This document shows, piece by piece, positions 62,408 to 64,000 of a stretch of 64,000 nt of DNA. The position numbers and the translations under genes were made by a program. A model generated the notes under the pieces. That model saw nothing but the letters and a program-made list of their open reading frames with translations. It did not search any database and was not told where the DNA came from. This DNA comes from Ruminiclostridium sp. (lineage in GTDB: Bacteria > Bacillota > Clostridia > Oscillospirales > Ruminococcaceae), in contig JAZNML010000052.1 in NCBI GenBank assembly GCA_045579565.1, positions 14,194-78,193 of the forward strand, in the 5' to 3' direction. Position 1 is the stretch's first letter, and every line of letters starts with the position of its first letter.

Positions 62408-63979
62408 TTATATCATGGATTCTTCCCAGCAAGCAGGAGCTTCAAGACCGAACATCTTTACAACAGTAGGAGCTACGTTTGCAAGACCGTATTCGCCGTC
62501 CTTGATGGTGTATTTTACATCCTTGTCATAGATGATGAAAGGAACAGGGTTTAAGGAGTGGGCTGTTCTTACGTTAACCTCACCCTTCTTATTCTTTTCA
62601 AGCATCTCATCTGCATTACCGTGGTCAGCTGTGATGAGCATTGTTACGCCGTACTCATCGCATACTTCCTTTAAGCGAGCAAGACCGATATCAACGGATT
62701 CAACACCGATGATTGTAGCAGCCATGCTTCCTGTGTGACCTACCATGTCACCGTTGGGGAAGTTGCAGCGGATGAAATCGTACTTACCGCCCTTGATTGT
62801 TTCAATAAGAGCATCAACGATTTCTGCGGACTTCATCCAGGGGCGCTGGTCAAAGCTTACATTATCGGAAGGAATTTCAACATATTCTTCAAGCTCTTCG
62901 CTGAACTTACCGCTCTTGTTACCGTTCCAGAAATATGTTACGTGACCGTACTTCTGTGTTTCGGAAATAGCGTACTGCTTCATTCCTGCCTTTACAAATA
63001 CTTCGGAAAGTGTATTTGTGATTTCGGGAGGATTTACAAGATATCTTGCGGGGAGCTTTAAGTCTCCGTCGTATTGGAGCATACCTGCGTAGCATACATC
63101 AGGCTTTGCACCTCTGTCAAATGCTGTGAAATCGTCCATATCAAATGCCATAGACATTTCAATAGCACGGTCGCCACGGAAGTTGAAGAGAATTACGCTG
63201 TCGCCGTCAACAATCTTACCAACAGGTTCGCCGTTTTCAGCAATTACAAATGCAGGTAAATCCTGGTCGCTTGTAACACCTGTTTCAGCTACTAATGTAT
63301 CAAATGCTTCAATAGCGGAAGCAAACTGTCTGCCTTCGCCCTTTACGTGTGTCTTCCAGCCTGCTTCAACCATGGGCCAGTCTGCCTGATAACGATCCAT
63401 TGTGATCTTCATACGTCCGCCGCCGCTTGCGATTCTGCCGTCAAAGGAAGCGTCATTAAGCTCAGCGAAAACTTCTTCAAGCTGCTTTAAATACTGGCCG
63501 CCTGTAAGAGGGGGAACGTCACGACCGTCGAGAAGAGCATGAACTCTTACCTTAGAAACACCGTCTGCCTTAGCGCGCTTAACCATGCTGATAAGGTGGC
63601 TGATGTTGGAGTGAACGTTACCGTCGGAAAGAAGACCAATGAAGTGCATTGTAGAATTCTTGTCCTTTGCATTCTTTGCAAGCTCCTGCCATGCGGAAGA
63701 ATCATACATCTTACCGCTTTCGATAGATTCGTTTACAAGCTTAGCGCCCTGAGAGTAAATCTGTCCGCAGCCAAGTGCGTTGTGACCTACTTCGGAGTTG
63801 CCCATATCGTCATCAGAAGGAAGACCAACTGCACCGCCGTGTGCTTTGAGGCGTGTCATGGGGCAATTTTCCATCATCCAGTCGAGTGTGGGAGTATTTG
63901 CTTCGGTAACAGCGTCGCCAAGACCTGTCTTGGAAAAACCGATACCGTCCATTACTACTAATAATACGGGTTTTGCCAT
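62408..63979 (-). CDS. gpmI: 2,3-bisphosphoglycerate-independent phosphoglycerate mutase
   Basis: 523 aa. LVVMDGIG, MGNSEVGHNALG (catalytic Ser), ITADHGNA. Confidence 0.95.
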   Translation of the reverse strand: MAKPVLLVVMDGIGFSKTGLGDAVTEANTPTLDWMMENCPMTRLKAHGGAVGLPSDDDMGNSEVGHNALGCGQIYSQGAKLVNESIESGKMYDSSAWQELAKNAKDKNSTMHFIGLLSDGNVHSNISHLISMVKRAKADGVSKVRVHALLDGRDVPPLTGGQYLKQLEEVFAELNDASFDGRIASGGGRMKITMDRYQADWPMVEAGWKTHVKGEGRQFASAIEAFDTLVAETGVTSDQDLPAFVIAENGEPVGKIVDGDSVILFNFRGDRAIEMSMAFDMDDFTAFDRGAKPDVCYAGMLQYDGDLKLPARYLVNPPEITNTLSEVFVKAGMKQYAISETQKYGHVTYFWNGNKSGKFSEELEEYVEIPSDNVSFDQRPWMKSAEIVDALIETIKGGKYDFIRCNFPNGDMVGHTGSMAATIIGVESVDIGLARLKEVCDEYGVTMLITADHGNADEMLEKNKKGEVNVRTAHSLNPVPFIIYDKDVKYTIKDGEYGLANVAPTVVKMFGLEAPACWEESMI

Positions 63980-64000
63980 TTTGTTTTCTCCTTATTTATA

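Overview
Chromosomal window from a Firmicute, most likely a Clostridia-class anaerobe. That placement is an inference from gene content: GH5 cellulase, KorDABC-type 2-oxoacid:ferredoxin oxidoreductase, a biotin transcarboxylase gene set, a PASTA-domain kinase-like protein, DUF1292/DUF378/YcxB-type small proteins, strong GGAGG-type RBSs, many TAATG/ATGA-coupled genes and many near-consensus TTGACA-17-TATAAT promoters. I call about 63 protein-coding genes and one 4-tRNA operon (Val-Asp-Phe-Gly, CCA encoded). I found no rRNA, no CRISPR, and no intact transposase, integrase or phage gene. Most of the window is housekeeping: polA, ppk1, tex, queH, noc-like parB, pyrB, pheA, lysA-like, trmB, gpmI, rsmE, rimI, zapA-like and a U32 peptidase. 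Nine things deserve a second look. (1) A MITE/REP-like palindromic element sits at the same position in front of each of two tandemly duplicated MoxR-DUF58-membrane protein operons, and a 32-bp tandem array built from the same terminal motif lies next to the noc-like gene. (2) Four tandem DUF3592-like membrane paralogs share one operon with rimI. (3) pyrB is fused to a PyrI-type zinc domain. (4) A 3.6-kb AT-richer, gene-poor patch (38.5-42.0 kb) holds an ORF-free ~570-nt interval bracketed by a promoter and a terminator, and a 101-bp tandem repeat. (5) In the same patch, an unrecognisable 114-aa/238-aa/LMW-PTP operon is transcribed divergently from (6) a Zn-ribbon/PASTA protein whose kinase catalytic motifs are degenerate (HRG, AFG), making it a predicted pseudokinase. 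(7) An unrecognisable 287-aa membrane plus 510-aa soluble protein pair lies at 48.4-50.8 kb. (8) Short phased TGTAAT/TGTAAC boxes occur upstream of two operons. (9) Phased GCCGT-core repeats occur in the leader of the noc-like gene. All family names come from motif recognition by eye. No database search or folding was run.
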